Below, piece after piece: positions 32,229 through 47,528 of a stretch of DNA of 64,000 nt. Position numbers and translations under genes: made by a program. The notes under the pieces are model-generated. The model saw only the letters and a list, made by a program, of their open reading frames with translations, was not told the DNA's origin and ran no database searches. Within the stretch, counting starts at the first letter, position 1; the number at the start of each line of letters is the position of its first letter. Source of the stretch: the human T2T-CHM13v2.0 reference genome, Homo sapiens; the NCBI RefSeq assembly GCF_009914755.1, contig NC_060937.1. One strand, written 5' to 3'.

Positions 32229-32936
32229 AGAGGTGAACACTACTGTTATGATTTGGTGTTTATCATTCATATAAATGTCTTTATAGTTTTACTACATATG
32301 AATGCATCCATAAATGACATGGTATTTTTTAATGTATCTGCTGTCACACAATTTTTATTTTCTATTTTATTTGCTCTTTAATCCATGTTGGTATGTATAA
32401 CTCTATTCACTTTTACTGCTATATCTGTGTACATAATTTATCCTGATATTCCATTACCAGTTTTTTTCTCATAAATGTTCCTCTTTAGGAGCCTTGTATA
32501 CATGAGCGGCTTTCTAGTACATATACATAGTGATGGAATTTGCTGGGCCATGGGGTTGCTTTTTGACTTTTACAATTATTTCACAACTACTTTTTTGCTT
32601 TCTAAACAGTAATTCTACCAATTTATCCCACCACCAGTTGTCTGAGTTCCTTGCCAGCACTTGGTGTCGCCAGACTTTTGCCAGACTGTGATATTAGTAA
32701 GAAAAGGTATCTCATCAGTGCATATCTCATTGAATATGCATTCACTGGTTTATTAGCTAGTGACCATTCCGTCACTTGTTTATTGCTTGTTCAAATAGTT
32801 TGTCCATTTTTCTATTGAGTTATTTGCAATTTTCTTACTGATTTGTAGAAACAATGTATTCTAGTCATCCTTGATCAGTTGTTTGTCTTCTAATTTGGGG
32901 CTTGCCTTTCCCCTGTTTTGTAATATCATCATTTGA

Positions 32937-33264
<328 letters not shown>

Positions 33265-33294
33265 TAAGGTTTGTGTTTTTTGTCTCATTTAAAA

Positions 33295-33395
33295 ATCCTT
33301 ACCTCTCCTGAGATATCTCTAGAATATATCATCTATGTATCTGTAGATATCTATATATAGGTATATTCTAGAGATATCTCAGGAGAGGTAAGGAT
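33295..33395. repeat. perfect 34-bp inverted repeat with 33-nt spacer
   Basis: 33295-33328 atccttacctctcctgagatatctctagaatata is the exact reverse complement of 33362-33395. Confidence 0.95.
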
Positions 33396-33546
33396 ATATA
33401 GATATATCTATCTAGATTACATAGCTATCTATAATCTAGAGATATATCTAGATAGATATATCTAGATAACCTATATATATCTATCTAGATTATAGATATC
33501 TATATAGATTATCTAGGTATACAGATATATCTATCTAGATTATCTA

Positions 33547-33606
33547 GATCACTTGAGGTCAGGAGTTTGAGACCAGCCTGGCCAACATGGTGAAACCCCG
33601 TCTCTA
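33547..33606 (+). repeat. 60-bp internal Alu fragment embedded in (TA/GA)-rich sequence
   Basis: 58 of 60 identical to the reverse complement of 33131-33190. Confidence 0.9.
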
Positions 33607-33621
33607 TATATCTAGATATCT

Positions 33622-34509
33622 ATCTATATAGATACATCTATATAGATATATAGATACATCTATATAGATATATAGATACATCTATATAGATATATAGATA
33701 CATCTATATAGATATATAGATACATCTATATAGATATATAGATACATCTATATAGATATATAGATACATCTATATAGATATATAGATACATCTATATAGA
33801 TATATAGATACATCTATATAGATATATAGATACATCTATATAGATATATAGATACATCTATATAGATATATAGATACATCTAGATAGATATATAGATACA
33901 TCTAGATATATAGATACATCTAGATAGATATATAGATACATCTAGATAGATATATAGATACATCTAGATAGATATATAGATACATCTAGATAGATATATA
34001 GATACATCTAGATAGATATATAGATACATCTAGATAGATATATAGATACATCTAGATAGATATATAGATACATCTAGATAGATATATAGATACATCTAGA
34101 TAGATATATAGATACATCTAGATAGATATATAGATACATCTAGATAGATATATAGATACATCTAGATAGATATATAGATACATCTATATAGATATATAGA
34201 TACATCTAGATAGATATATAGATACATCTATATAGATATATAGATACATCTATATAGATATATAGATACATCTATATAGATATATAGATACATCTATATA
34301 GATATATAGATACATCTATATAGATATATAGATACATCTATATATATAGATACATCTATATATATAGATACATCTATATAGATATATAGATACATCTATA
34401 TAGATATATAGATACATCTATATAGATATATAGATACATCTATATAGATAGATATATAGATACATCTATATAGATAGATATATAGATACATCTATATATA
34501 GATACATCT
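33622..34509. repeat. 22-bp tandem array (CATCTATATAGATATATAGATA / CATCTAGATAGATATATAGATA), about 40 units
   Basis: 22-nt periodicity read directly; two unit variants in blocks, some shortened or lengthened units near the end. Confidence 0.97.
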
Positions 34510-34531
34510 GTACTTATATTCTTCAAAAAGT

Positions 34532-34537
34532 TTTATT
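34532..34537 (-). terminator. CENPJ: candidate distal polyadenylation signal of CENPJ
   Basis: tttatt on + = AATAAA on -; about 880 nt past the stop codon, right beside the tandem array. Confidence 0.5.
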
Positions 34538-35293
34538 TTTCATATTCAGTTAAGTCACCTGGAATTGATAGATTTCATTAACAAAACCTGATTCATAGTA
34601 TATGTGACAGGTAAGGTCTATCTAGACCAATCTGTAATTATTTATTATATAAATTTACAAGTAAGTAAGTAAGTGACTTGCCCATCCTTCAGGGACATCT
34701 TGCTTCCATGAGGCTACAGTAATCTCACTGTGGTAACATCAGGGTAGCTGTGGTCCATGGGTTAACACTGGCTAGTCATCGTTCATGCCCCCCTCCACTC
34801 TCAAGTATCCCATTTTGAGACATTACATTACAAAGTCAGCCTTGTTATAACTGCTTTCTCTTCACCATGATTACTACCTGTTGTGTGTGACCTATTTATA
34901 TTCATCCACTGTTGTAACTTCCCATTCTGTTATAATAATTAATGATCCTCTGTAGAAGATCAAATGGTCTAATTTTGGTACTAACTGAACATAGTAATAT
35001 TTTGGCTACAGAGACACGTGTTTACTCCTTGAGTACACCTTCTGTACAAGTCCAGTGCTCTACGGCTGATGTGTCTGTGGGACATCTAGGTGATGTACTT
35101 CCTGTACTTCTTGGTTTTTTTTATAGCCATTTCTAACCAATAAACACACCCACTTACTGTAAAAACCTGTACACAATTTCTAAACAGTCAAAATGCTTTC
35201 CTTAGTCTATTGAAAGACAGGGTAGTGAATTATAAATGAGAGCTATCATTGCATTTCAAAGAATATAAAAATGAAGATGCCACAGGGTAAACT

Positions 35294-35299
35294 TTTATT
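35294..35299 (-). terminator. CENPJ: candidate proximal polyadenylation signal of CENPJ
   Basis: tttatt on + = AATAAA on -; about 120 nt past the stop codon. Confidence 0.65.
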
Positions 35300-35415
35300 T
35301 TAGAATCCAATCTTTTCCCCACACATACACAATAAATTAAACAGAATCCACAGTAAATGTACATTTTTTAACATAAAAAGTCAGTTACTGTTACTTCATG
35401 ATCACATGAGGATCG

Positions 35416-35673
<258 letters not shown>

Positions 35674-36116
35674 CTACTGAAAAGTAGCCTTTTGATTCTG
35701 GCAGCTACTTCTGGAGACATCCCTTGGTTATCCCTATACAATTGTAACTTTCTACAGTGTTTCTGCTTCATGGTGATAGTTCCAATTATCAGATTAGCAT
35801 TGTTTTAATCATTCATATTTTCATCACAAAATGCTTAGTAACTTTTTTCAACTTGTGTTCTTCCTTTTGGTTGTTATATTAAAAGGGACCCTTCTTTCAC
35901 TAATTTAAAAACCATCTGAGTGTTTGTTTGCTCTGTATCAGGTGGGGAAGAGAGTTAGTTATTCCTGGGAAGGGGCATGATCAGACTTAAAAATCTGTTT
36001 TGAAAGAATGGAACAAAAAAGGAGAATGTGAAAAATAATTCACATCAAGTTGACTGACATGCCTGTGGGACATTCATTCAAACTGAACCCCCTAATATGG
36101 GTGTCACATATCATCA

Positions 36117-36326
<210 letters not shown>

Positions 36327-36340
36327 TTAAAAAGTTGTTA

Positions 36341-36526
<186 letters not shown>

Positions 36527-36534
36527 TTAAACTA

Positions 36535-36702
<168 letters not shown>

Positions 36703-37499
36703 CTAAAAAACCAACACAAGATTATCACCTAAGATTTTCTCCTGACGAAAGTATGGCTAATTCTCCTCCCAACTGCCTACTTTGAAATTTTTTGTAATAA
36801 AATGTAAAACATTCCCTCAAAAGATCCTTTATTTCGTGAGGAGTAGCAAACTCGTGATTTTCTAATTTTCTCATTCCTTTTCCATGTATTAGCTGGAATT
36901 TACCTAAAAAAGAAAACCTTCCCTTATCAACAATTTGTTACCCTAAAGTAGACGTTGTACAGGAAAGTCTAACTACTGCTTTGCCTGTTGTTCTTTGTCC
37001 TTCTCTCATTCCTCAAGGATAGCACTCCAACCCTATAATTTCAATAGAAATGGACCAGATTAGGTATTCGAAAAGTAAATTTTCCATAAACCTGAGGAAA
37101 AAATTCCCTCATCACCTCTAACCTGTATATATCCCTTTCTTCCTCATTCCCTTTAGCTGGAACCCCCAGGCAGTTTTCCCACTAAGAAACTTTCCTAAGC
37201 ATAAGAATAAAACTGTGCTAGCTGGAGATGAGGAGAGAGGTCCCTGACTCAGGATCAGTATAAGAAAGGCTGCAAGAAAGGAAGACCTAGAATGAACAGA
37301 AGCTTTTAAGAAGTGCCAAGGATTACAAAGGCTTTGGAGTAAGAACAAAGATCATACAGAGATTGTATGCCGCCTTTTGCTGAATCTCTGAACGAGAAAT
37401 GGCAACTAAAGGCATCTTGTCCAAAGAGCCCTTATTTTAGATTCTATGTGTTTCAACTATTTTAACCCATGTTTATTTTTTATAGAATTCATTATTTCA

Positions 37500-37643
<144 letters not shown>

Positions 37644-37754
37644 TCAAGCAGCTAAAACCTACTCTTACTTCCAAAGCCAGATTCTGATATAGGGTTCTAG
37701 GACTAGTGTTTACAAAATATAACATTTATAATGTTAAGTAAAAACTCTTTTTTA

Positions 37755-37946
<192 letters not shown>

Positions 37947-39523
37947 TTAATTGAAAATTTTATTAGTATGATCACACATTTCCTTAGTTCATATCCTGTG
38001 AACTGCTGTCCTTTATCCATTAGTTAAGGATGTCTTAATATTTTTCTTTACTAATTTGTAGTTCTCCGACACAGGTACTTAAGTCCTAGATGTCCAAGAA
38101 AGACAGTATCTTGTCTCAGAGTTTACAATCCTGGGGAAGAGACAGGTGATGAAACAGCCTGACAGACCCAAATGTATTTCAGAGACAATCACAAGGTGTA
38201 AGGTGCAGATAAAAGAGGCATCTAAGACCTGTGGAATTTGGCTTCACCAAATAACTGGGTATTTAGTTAAAACATAAATGCCCTTGTGGCTATGGTATAA
38301 ACTTTTTGTAATATGTCCAGCACACCAATCACATACTGTACCGGCAACATATACATTACAAAATAAACACGCCCCCACCAACAACAAAGTGAGGTGAATC
38401 TCTCTCTAAAAATACACTGAAGTGCCAGTATTTTCATCCTATGTGCCAATGGATCATATTGTAAACACTCAACTTGGAAGGGTCTCGAGCAAGTGCCAGA
38501 ATCTGACCTCCATGTTAAAAAGTGTAACGGAGCTGGATGTTACGGGAGAATGGCCTGAAGGAGGAGAGCGGAGGCAGGTGGTCAGCCAACAAGCTGCTGG
38601 GCGTGTGAGGCGGCTGTGCTGTGCCTGTGAGACAGGAATGGTTCCATTACACCATGGGAAATCACTGATTTATAGGTCCCAAACTGCCACACATCAGCAA
38701 TTTCATATGATTCAATGTAACTAATAGATCCAGAAAATAACATCAGAGGGATCAGTCTAGGGACTACTGGGAGTGGATGGTGAAGGATAACAGAAAAAGT
38801 ACTGGGAGTACACAGGGGTTTAGGCTTGAGCAAAGGGGCAGATGGCAGACAAGGCTCTGGGGATAGCAGGAGTGCTCTGTTTGGGATGACACAAGAATGT
38901 CATGCTTCACCCCCACAGGTTATGTGTGCAAACTAAACTATAACTAAAGCTGTGTGACATCATTTCTCATAACCACCTTTAGAGAAAAGACTAGAATATT
39001 ATTCCCATTTTATGGCAAGAAAACCAAGGCTAAGTGGTTAAATAACCTACTAAGGTTGTCAACTAATAAAAGGCAGAACCAGGATTCAAACCCACTATAT
39101 ATCAAGTTTAATTCTTCCCAGGCTGATTATGAACTAACATTAACTTGAACCCCCAAAGTATCTACCAACTGGGCAGGATAACGAGAGGTGACCGTGGGCA
39201 TAGACAGGCTCCAGGTGCAAGCACACTGTCTAGAGGACTGTGTGAACCCACCTTAAAAATACCTACAACAGGAAAACTGGGGACAGTGGAAGCTAGGGAA
39301 TACACAGTGCTGGAATAGCTGGGTAGATACTAGGGGAGGGATGTTTATGACCCCAAGATAGGGAAAGAATTAAGAAGCACTGCCCAAAGGGAAAAACTGA
39401 AATTGAACTACTTTAAGAATTTAGGTTCATCAAAAGATACTATAAAGAGCAAAAAGACAAGCCATGAACTAGGAGAAGATACTGATTTGCAATTTATGTA
39501 GATTATAAGTATACCACTTATAC

Positions 39524-40044
39524 CAGGGGGCCCCAAACCCCACGGTATACTGGTCTGTGGCCTGTAGGAACTGGGCCACACAGCAGGAGATGAGCAGCGG
39601 GTGGGCGAGCCAGCGAAGCTTCATCTGTATTTACAGCAGCTCCCCATCACTCGCATTACCACCTGAGCTCCACCTCCTGTCAGATCAGCAGCGGCATTAG
39701 ATTCTCATAGGAGCAAGAACCCTATTGTGAACTGCATATGCGAGGGATCCAGGTTGCACGCTCCTTAGAGTATCTAATGCCTGATGATCTGTCACTGTCT
39801 CCCATCACCCCCAGATGGGACCATCTAATTGCAGGAAAACAAGCTCAGGGCTCCCCCTGATTCTACATTATGGTGAGTTGTATAATTATTTCATTATACA
39901 TTACAATGTAATATTAGAATTAAAGTGCACAATAAATTTAATGTGGTGCTGAATCATCCCAAAGCCATGCCCCTTACCCCAGTCCATGGAAAAATTGTCT
40001 TCCACAAAATTGGTCCCTGATGCCAAAAAGGTTGGGGACTGCTA
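39524..40044 (+). mobile_element. MER1A-like hAT-Charlie DNA transposon
   Basis: cagggggccccaaaccc ... gccaaaaaggttggggactgct; about 520 bp. Confidence 0.85.
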
Positions 40045-41119
40045 AGGTATACTACCAAAGTGAGCACATGCTGTTGGAAAAATGGCACCAACAGACTTGC
40101 TCAGTGCAGAGTTGCTGCAAGTCTTCTGTCTCCAAAAACCACAGTTTGTGTGAGGCGCAGTAAAGCAGAGCATGAGAAAATGAGAGTGCCATCAAGAAAA
40201 GCCACGGGCTCCACAGAGGGCAGTTCCGGGCTGCCACTCATCTATGTCTTTACGTAGGTGGTGGTAACCCGAGTATTTGCTTTCTAATTGTCAAACTGCA
40301 TATATCTTTACTAAATTTATTTCACAAAAATAATTTTTTAAAATTCCAGATTAAAAACTCAAGATGTGAATGCAAAAGCGCATAGAAGAAAATGGTGTAC
40401 TTGTGGCCTGAGGATTGAGAAGAATTAAAGTCATGAAAACCAAAAACTATTTTAAAAGACTAGTAAATTCAACATTACAAGGAAAAACATACATTAAAAA
40501 AAACACAAACTGAAAAGCCAAACCCAGATTGGGAGAAAATATTAGCAGTGCTTGTAACTGACAAAGGATTACTATGCGGAATATTTTATAAGGAGAAACA
40601 CACACACACACATCCAAAATTTTAAATGGACAAAGGAAATGAACAGGCAGTTCACAAAAGGGGAACCTCAAATGCTGACTAAATGTAAGAAAACATGCTC
40701 ACAGGGCCTTACCAGCTCACGGAATCAACCACCATTTTACATCAACTGGCCAAAATGTTAAAGTCTGGCCAGATCAAGTGTTTGCAAGTATGAAGAGCAT
40801 ACTCTGCTGACAGTAAAAAAAACTGGTACAACCATGTTGCAGAGCAAAGGGAAAACCTCCAGCTGACATGGCCTGGCATCTTACTCTTCATATATATCCT
40901 AGAGAAGCCACAGGATCAAGACACGCTCTGCAGCCCTATTCATTATCATGCAAACCTAATTGCCCATCACCAGGAATGCTGAACTGTGGAAGTATACAAT
41001 GCAATCTACATAGCTATTAAAATCAATCAACTGGAGGTTTTATGTGTTAAGATTGGTAAGTCATACAGTATTGAAAGAAAAAAATTGCAGAAGGACACAC
41101 AGAATATGAAACAATACTA

Positions 41120-41312
41120 CAGGGTGAGTGTCCCTTATCAGAAATGCTTGGGAGCAGTATTGCAGATCTCCATTTTTTTTTCAAGTTTTGGAATATTTGC
41201 AAATACTTATTGGTTGAGCATCCTTAATCCACATTCAAAATGCTCCAATGAATGTTTCCTTTGAGCATCATGCTTGCCCTCAAAAAGTTTCAGATTTGGG
41301 ATGCTCGACCAG
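41120..41312 (-). mobile_element. Tigger4/MER46-like MITE
   Basis: TA|cagggtgagtgtccc ... gggatgctcgaccag|TA terminal inverted repeats. Confidence 0.75.
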
Positions 41313-41510
41313 TATAACAATTTATGAACGCAACAAGGTAAAATAATTTAAAACCGAAGCATGGACCATTATCAGGGTAGAAATTAACTGGCGGAATAAG
41401 ATGATGCACAGGAGCTTCAATTACATTTATTAATTCAAATTCATTCAAATGTTCAAAAACATTTATTAAGAAATGTTTTATTAAGTTGGGTATAAATTGT
41501 TTATTCCTTA

Positions 41511-41636
<126 letters not shown>

Positions 41637-42779
41637 CTATAGTATAAGAGATAATTTTTTATTTAAAATGAGTGTTAGTCTATTAATACACTAAGTGAAA
41701 CTAATAAAACTCAGCTAGTGCTAAGAATGCTGTGGGTTTTGTTTATTCATATTGTTTTCATTTATACAACAGGCCAAAGCAAACAAGCTGTTATCTAGGA
41801 ATCACTGCGCGTGTGCACACACACGCACGCGCGCCCCTTTTGACAAACATTCATTCAAGTTAGGACACAGTAGGCAAGGTTACCTGAACCATCTCCTCTG
41901 ACCATTACAGAGCAGAGGAGGAGCACACAGGCCCTTCAGCTCATGGTGTTCGAGAACAAAGCCTCTCCTGGGTGCTCCCCACTCCCACTCCCACTGGGAC
42001 AGTCCAGCTGAGCCCAGTTCTCCGAGACCACCACTGAGCACTCCCCATGAGGATGAGGTGGGGTGAGTCCTCTCTGCACCCCACCTCCATTTCTGGCCAA
42101 ATCAAGCCCCAATACTACTTGCCCCAGCCCCCGCCATGTCCGTCCCTGCCAGGAGGTGATGCTTCCAGTGCCGTCCTTCTTGGTGTCCTACCTCAGCTCC
42201 ACACCCCAATGGTCAACCCTAGAACTTGTCATTATCAATACTATCAACATCTGCAATTATCAATAACCACAAAATTATTAATTTCAAAGCATTCTACTTA
42301 CAAAGATCCAGAAGGTAGGGCATTCTACAAAGCAATCAGCCTGGTCTCTTCAAAAGTTAATGCAATTTAATAAAATGCTAAAGCATTTAGGGGTGAATTG
42401 CCATGATTCCTACAAGTACCTTCAAATGGTTCAGTGAAACATAGACATAACTATGGCAAAATGTTCCTAGTGGTTGAATCCAAGTGGATATCCAGGTGTT
42501 AATTGTACTATTCTTTCACCTATTCTCTATTTTGGGAAGCTTTCATACTAAAAAGGTTGGGAGCGGCGGGGAGAAGAATGCTACTTTCTCATTACGCTCC
42601 TGTCTTTGCAGCTTATTCTGTTAATTCCCCACCCCTGACCACGCTCACAGCTGACATGGCCCTGCGGGTCCTCGACCCCCAGTGCTTGCCATGTCCTGAA
42701 AGCCTCTGGGCCCACGCTGTCCTCATGCAGCTAAAGTATGCTATGCAGCAGGCACTCTTGTCACACACACTGTCAGCTT

Positions 42780-44425
42780 CCCTCCCTCTGCTCACTTGGT
42801 GGCATTCACTTGGATGACCACAAGCTGAATAAGAAAAAAATATGTGCAATTCTTATTTTAAATTTTCAGTCTCTGACCCAGGTTGGCCCAGGTACAGCCA
42901 CGAATCACTCTATTCCCCCAGCCTCTGCTTTTGTTCACAGAGATGACCTCTGGCTTTCTGCATCTCCTCCCCTCCTGCTGCCTCTGCCCTCACAGGAGCC
43001 TGGGCTATGCCTGCACCTCCCGCCTCTGGGCACAAAGGCCATCGCCTGGCCACAGCCTGCCCTCCATTCGCTGCCTGGACCCAGCTCCTCTCACTTCACC
43101 AAGTATGGTGCTTCTGCAATTCTTCCACTTCCTCCTGCGTCAATATTTTCCTCTCCACTGAGTCAGTCCAACCAATATACAAACACCTGTTAATTTTACC
43201 GTCTTAAAAAAAAAATTCCCCTATGGCCACTACCCTCATGTCCTTAATTTACTGCAAAACTATTAAACAAAGCTGTTATCCGCTCCCAGCCGATCAGGCT
43301 TTCCTCTTCAACACTCCAGAGAAACAGTCCTTCTCAAGGCCCACAGTTCCTTCTCCCTGGTAAACTCCATGGCCGATTTCAGTCCTCCTCTGAGTCACTG
43401 CCACACCTGACACAGGTGGTCACTCTCCTCCTTGCAGCCTTTTCTTCACTTGCTCTCAGGACACCACACGGACTCCTGGCCTCCTGCTCTCTAGCTGCTC
43501 ATCTGCTCCTCCCTGCCTACTCACAGCCCTGCTGGCCTCTCCCTGCCCAGTGCTGTATCACACATTGAGACGATCCCAGGTGTGTGTCCCCAACTGGAGC
43601 CTGTGCTGTCGTGTGCAGCTGCCTAGTCGGATCTCCTGTGTGTCTCGTAGGCATTTCAACTTCCCCTGTCCAAGCCTGAGTTCCTGGTGGCCATGTGCTC
43701 CCTTCTTGCGGTTGCTCCTAGTCAGTGGGACCTTCATGAGACCAAAACACAAAACTAAGCACAGTTGAGGCCATTCCTGACTCCTTCCTTGCTGTCACCA
43801 CCAATCACACACACAGCTCAACAACAAACACAGTCTGCTTCTCTCCACCCGCCACTGCCACCCAGTCCCCCCAAGCCCTACTGCATTCCTGGTGTTGCCC
43901 ATGCTCCCTTCCACCTGTTCCCGGTCTACAGCAGTCGGAGCTAAAATAAGAGGCCCGGCCACCCCTCATTCAGAGCCCTCCAGACTCCCACTCACTCAAA
44001 AAATGCCCATGTGCATGCTGCCATCTGTTAGGAATCCCATCCACCACCCACTGTCCCAGCCCACCCCGAGGGCTGGCCCACCGCTCCTCGCCCACTAATC
44101 CGATTGCCCCGTCTCAGGCCCACTCAGGTGCTGCTGCAGCCTGGGGCTCCTCTGCAGGCTCAGGCGGCCACCCAGGCCACTCCTTACATGCGCTTCCCAG
44201 ACCGTCCCACCCAGACGGCGACGCCACTCCACAGCCCTGCTTCTCCGAAGGTCTCGTCACCATCTCACACACCACACGTTTTATTATTTGGCTTATTACA
44301 GTCTTTCTTCCACCACTGGAATGTAAGCTTCATAAGGGCAAGGAATTTTGTCTGTTTATTGCTGTACCCCAAGCACCTAATGCAGTGCCTGGCACACCCT
44401 GGTTGTTCACAGAGATGAATGAAAG
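42780..44425 (+). mobile_element. L2 fragment(s)
   Basis: pyrimidine-rich L2-like body ending gtgcctggcacac...gatgaatgaa; boundaries approximate. Confidence 0.65.
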
Positions 44426-44827
44426 ACCAATTACTTGATTAAAAAGTGTCATATGCGTGCCACTCTTGGCCAAAATCTCCCTGGTCTGTTTTAACAGAGA
44501 TGATCTGCCTACTGTGGCAAACCTCCTCCATAGGAATTAGAGAAATGAGTCTGCAAAGTACCCGTTTACAGCAATGCTTGAAAAATCATTTTAGTTGTGG
44601 TAAAATAGATATCACATAAAATTCACCGTCTTCAGCATGTTTAGGTGCACACTTCAGTGGCATTAAGGATATCTGCGGTGTAGTGCAACCATCGCCCTCC
44701 ATCCAGCTCCAGGACACTTTTCATCTTACAAGATGGAAACTGTCCACATTCACAGTCACTCCCCACTGCCCCCCCAGCCCCTGGCAGCTCCCATTCTACT
44801 TTCTGACTCTATGAATTTGAATGCTCA

Positions 44828-45106
<279 letters not shown>

Positions 45107-46049
45107 TCAAAAAAAAAAAACAAAAAGAAAAAACCATTACTACATTACCAGAATTAAAACAATAGAAGAATAGAGACCCAGCAATGAAACAGAATAGCCA
45201 GCAAGAAAGGGAAGGCTTAGTCAACAGACGACATTTAAAACGAATGTCGTGGTTTTCAGCGGCGGGAGGAGGGGATCAGAGTCTCACCGCAGACCATCAG
45301 CAAAACTAATTCCAGAAGCCAGGAGAAAGGAAGGCAGACAGCACATGGGAGCTGACAGCAGAAAACTGCCAAGAGGTAGGAAAGACCTCACCTGAGCTAT
45401 TAACTGAAAGGGATCCAGGGGGGAGATCCCAAAAAGAAGAAATGCAATAGGAACTCATGAATAACTGAAGGAAGACTAGAGCTAAAGAATAAAAGATTCC
45501 AAAGTCAAAACTACCTGCCCTGAAAACTATCTGAAATTCATGAGAAGAAATAAATTTCCAGAAAAATGAGTTGTTTTAGAAAGACTAAAATAAGGGAAGA
45601 ATATGCTGGAAATGTCTAGAAGCAATTCGAGATCACGTGCAGCTGCAAGTGATAGCGACTGACCTAGAGTCGAGGAAGGAGCAGGGCACCGAAGCCCATC
45701 AGTGGTGAGGCAGCAGGTGCGGCCCGGCCCATGCCCCTGCACCTCAGTAATCCCTGCGGCAGCCACACGGCAGCCTGGTGAGGATGGAGAGGACATCTGG
45801 GCCCCACCACAGAGGGTGTGGACTTTGGATTGGGTGACATCAAGGTTCACATCCGAGTTTTCTGACTTGAATGCTTAAAACAAGGTAAGATCCACAACCT
45901 CCATGAATATCAGGTTTCCCATTTGTGAGACGGATTATGACCAATAAAAGAAAAATTTCTGGTAAGCACTTTTATCATGCAGGAATATGGATTTAATATG
46001 AAAATGGCAAAATACAAGTCTAAATGGGTTCAGAATTCAAGAGCAATTA

Positions 46050-47450
46050 ATATTTACAAAATATCTGTTATCAGGCACTGTCACAGGCCCTTATTATACT
46101 AAGAACAAAGCTCCATCTCATGAGGCTCACTCTGCCGGGGACAGTGGGAGGGTGATGGGAGAGTGGCTGGGGCAGGTGAGGGGGTGACGGGAGAGTGGCC
46201 AGGGCAGGTAAGGTGGCGGGGCTGTGTGGGGAGGCAGGATGACACGTGCTGGGTGTCACTGAACAGAGCTGGGGGAGGCAGCGCGTGTGGGAAGCAACAG
46301 GAGGGTGCCTGGCACAGTGCCAGCACTACAAGGGACCAGCGCAGATGACAAGTAAATGGCAGGAGGACTGGCCAGGGACAGGAAGGGGAAAAAAGGCCCA
46401 GTCACATAGGGACTGAGGTTCTTGGAGGAAGGAAAGCAGAGGCATATGGAGGTGTCTGAGCGAAGGGGATCCGTTGTCACGTGGAGCGACGCCACAGGGA
46501 CGGGGTAAGAGCGGAGGCCAAGCCGCCAGCAAGTCATTAACCCAGAGGTGGCAACTGGAATCTGAGTGGACTTTCTGTCAGAACAGCAAGGAATGGAAGA
46601 GCAAGAGAAGCCTCGAGAATGATTCGAGGCCTCTGGCCCAAGCACAGGGGAAGACGGCACCAGGATGGACACTGGCAGACGGCCGCGATGAGGCCTGGGG
46701 GTTCACAGTGGCTCCACAGGGGCCGTGTCAGTGCCATAGAATGACCGGAGGCCGCGCTGCAGGGCGTGTGGCGAAAACAGCTGGTGAGATTTGGAGATCC
46801 AGGCACAGTGAATATGGGCAAGGCTTTTAAGGAGTTTTGCTGCAAAGGAAAAAACAGATAGGGCTGTGGGGTTGAGTGAGTTTTGTTTAAAGAAATGCCA
46901 GCCGGCGGTAAGGATGGGAAGGCTGGGGGCAGAACGCGCGGAGGAGACAGAAGGCGGAGGCGGAGGGTGGGCTCCGTGGGCGGGACACGGGGATGGAGTG
47001 GGTGGAGGATGACACGCCCTCGGGGTGCAAAGGGAGGGAGAGGCCGCAGCCAGCCAGCAGAGACCCTGGGGATGGGGGAGAGGAAGAGAGGGGAGCCCCT
47101 AGGCTGGGGGACTGGTGAGGGTCCAGACCCAGACAGACGGGAGAGGAGCCGGGAGGGGAAACTGGCAGGAGGAAACGACCTGCGGGGTGAAGCCAGCAGG
47201 CCTGGCTGGCGGGTGGGATCCGCGGCTGGGGCGCAGACTTCCAGCGCAGCGCGAAAGCTCAGAGGCAAGGCCTCCACGTCCCGCGGGCAAGGCTCAGGCA
47301 GAGGCGGCTGCCAGGTCCCGGTGAGCACGGCTGAGAGCCAGCGCCGTGAAAACGGGAAGAAAGCGCAGAAGCCAGGGCAGGGAAGGCCGAGGGGACTCCG
47401 CACCTGCGGAAGGCGCAGCCGGCTCTGTCAACCTCCACAGGCTCTACGCT
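46050..47450 (-). mobile_element. probable L2-derived segment, unusually GC/CpG-rich
   Basis: L2-like phrases (ggagttttgctgcaaagg) within purine-rich sequence; inference from recalled consensus. Confidence 0.5.
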
Positions 47451-47520
47451 CAGAGCAGCCCCGGAGGAGCCCGGCTCCTTGCAGCGCAGTAGATGCCAGA
47501 CCCCGAGCAGGTTTAAAAAA
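46880..47520. promoter_or_regulatory. intragenic CpG-rich/GC-rich patch in CENPJ intron 9
   Basis: dense CG dinucleotides and GGGCGG box (46978-46983) against an AT-rich background. Confidence 0.5.
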
Positions 47521-47528
47521 GAAAGCCA

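Noticed and set aside
33622-34509. CRISPR-like array
   Set aside because: No unique spacers, no cas genes, eukaryotic context; it is a head-to-tail minisatellite.
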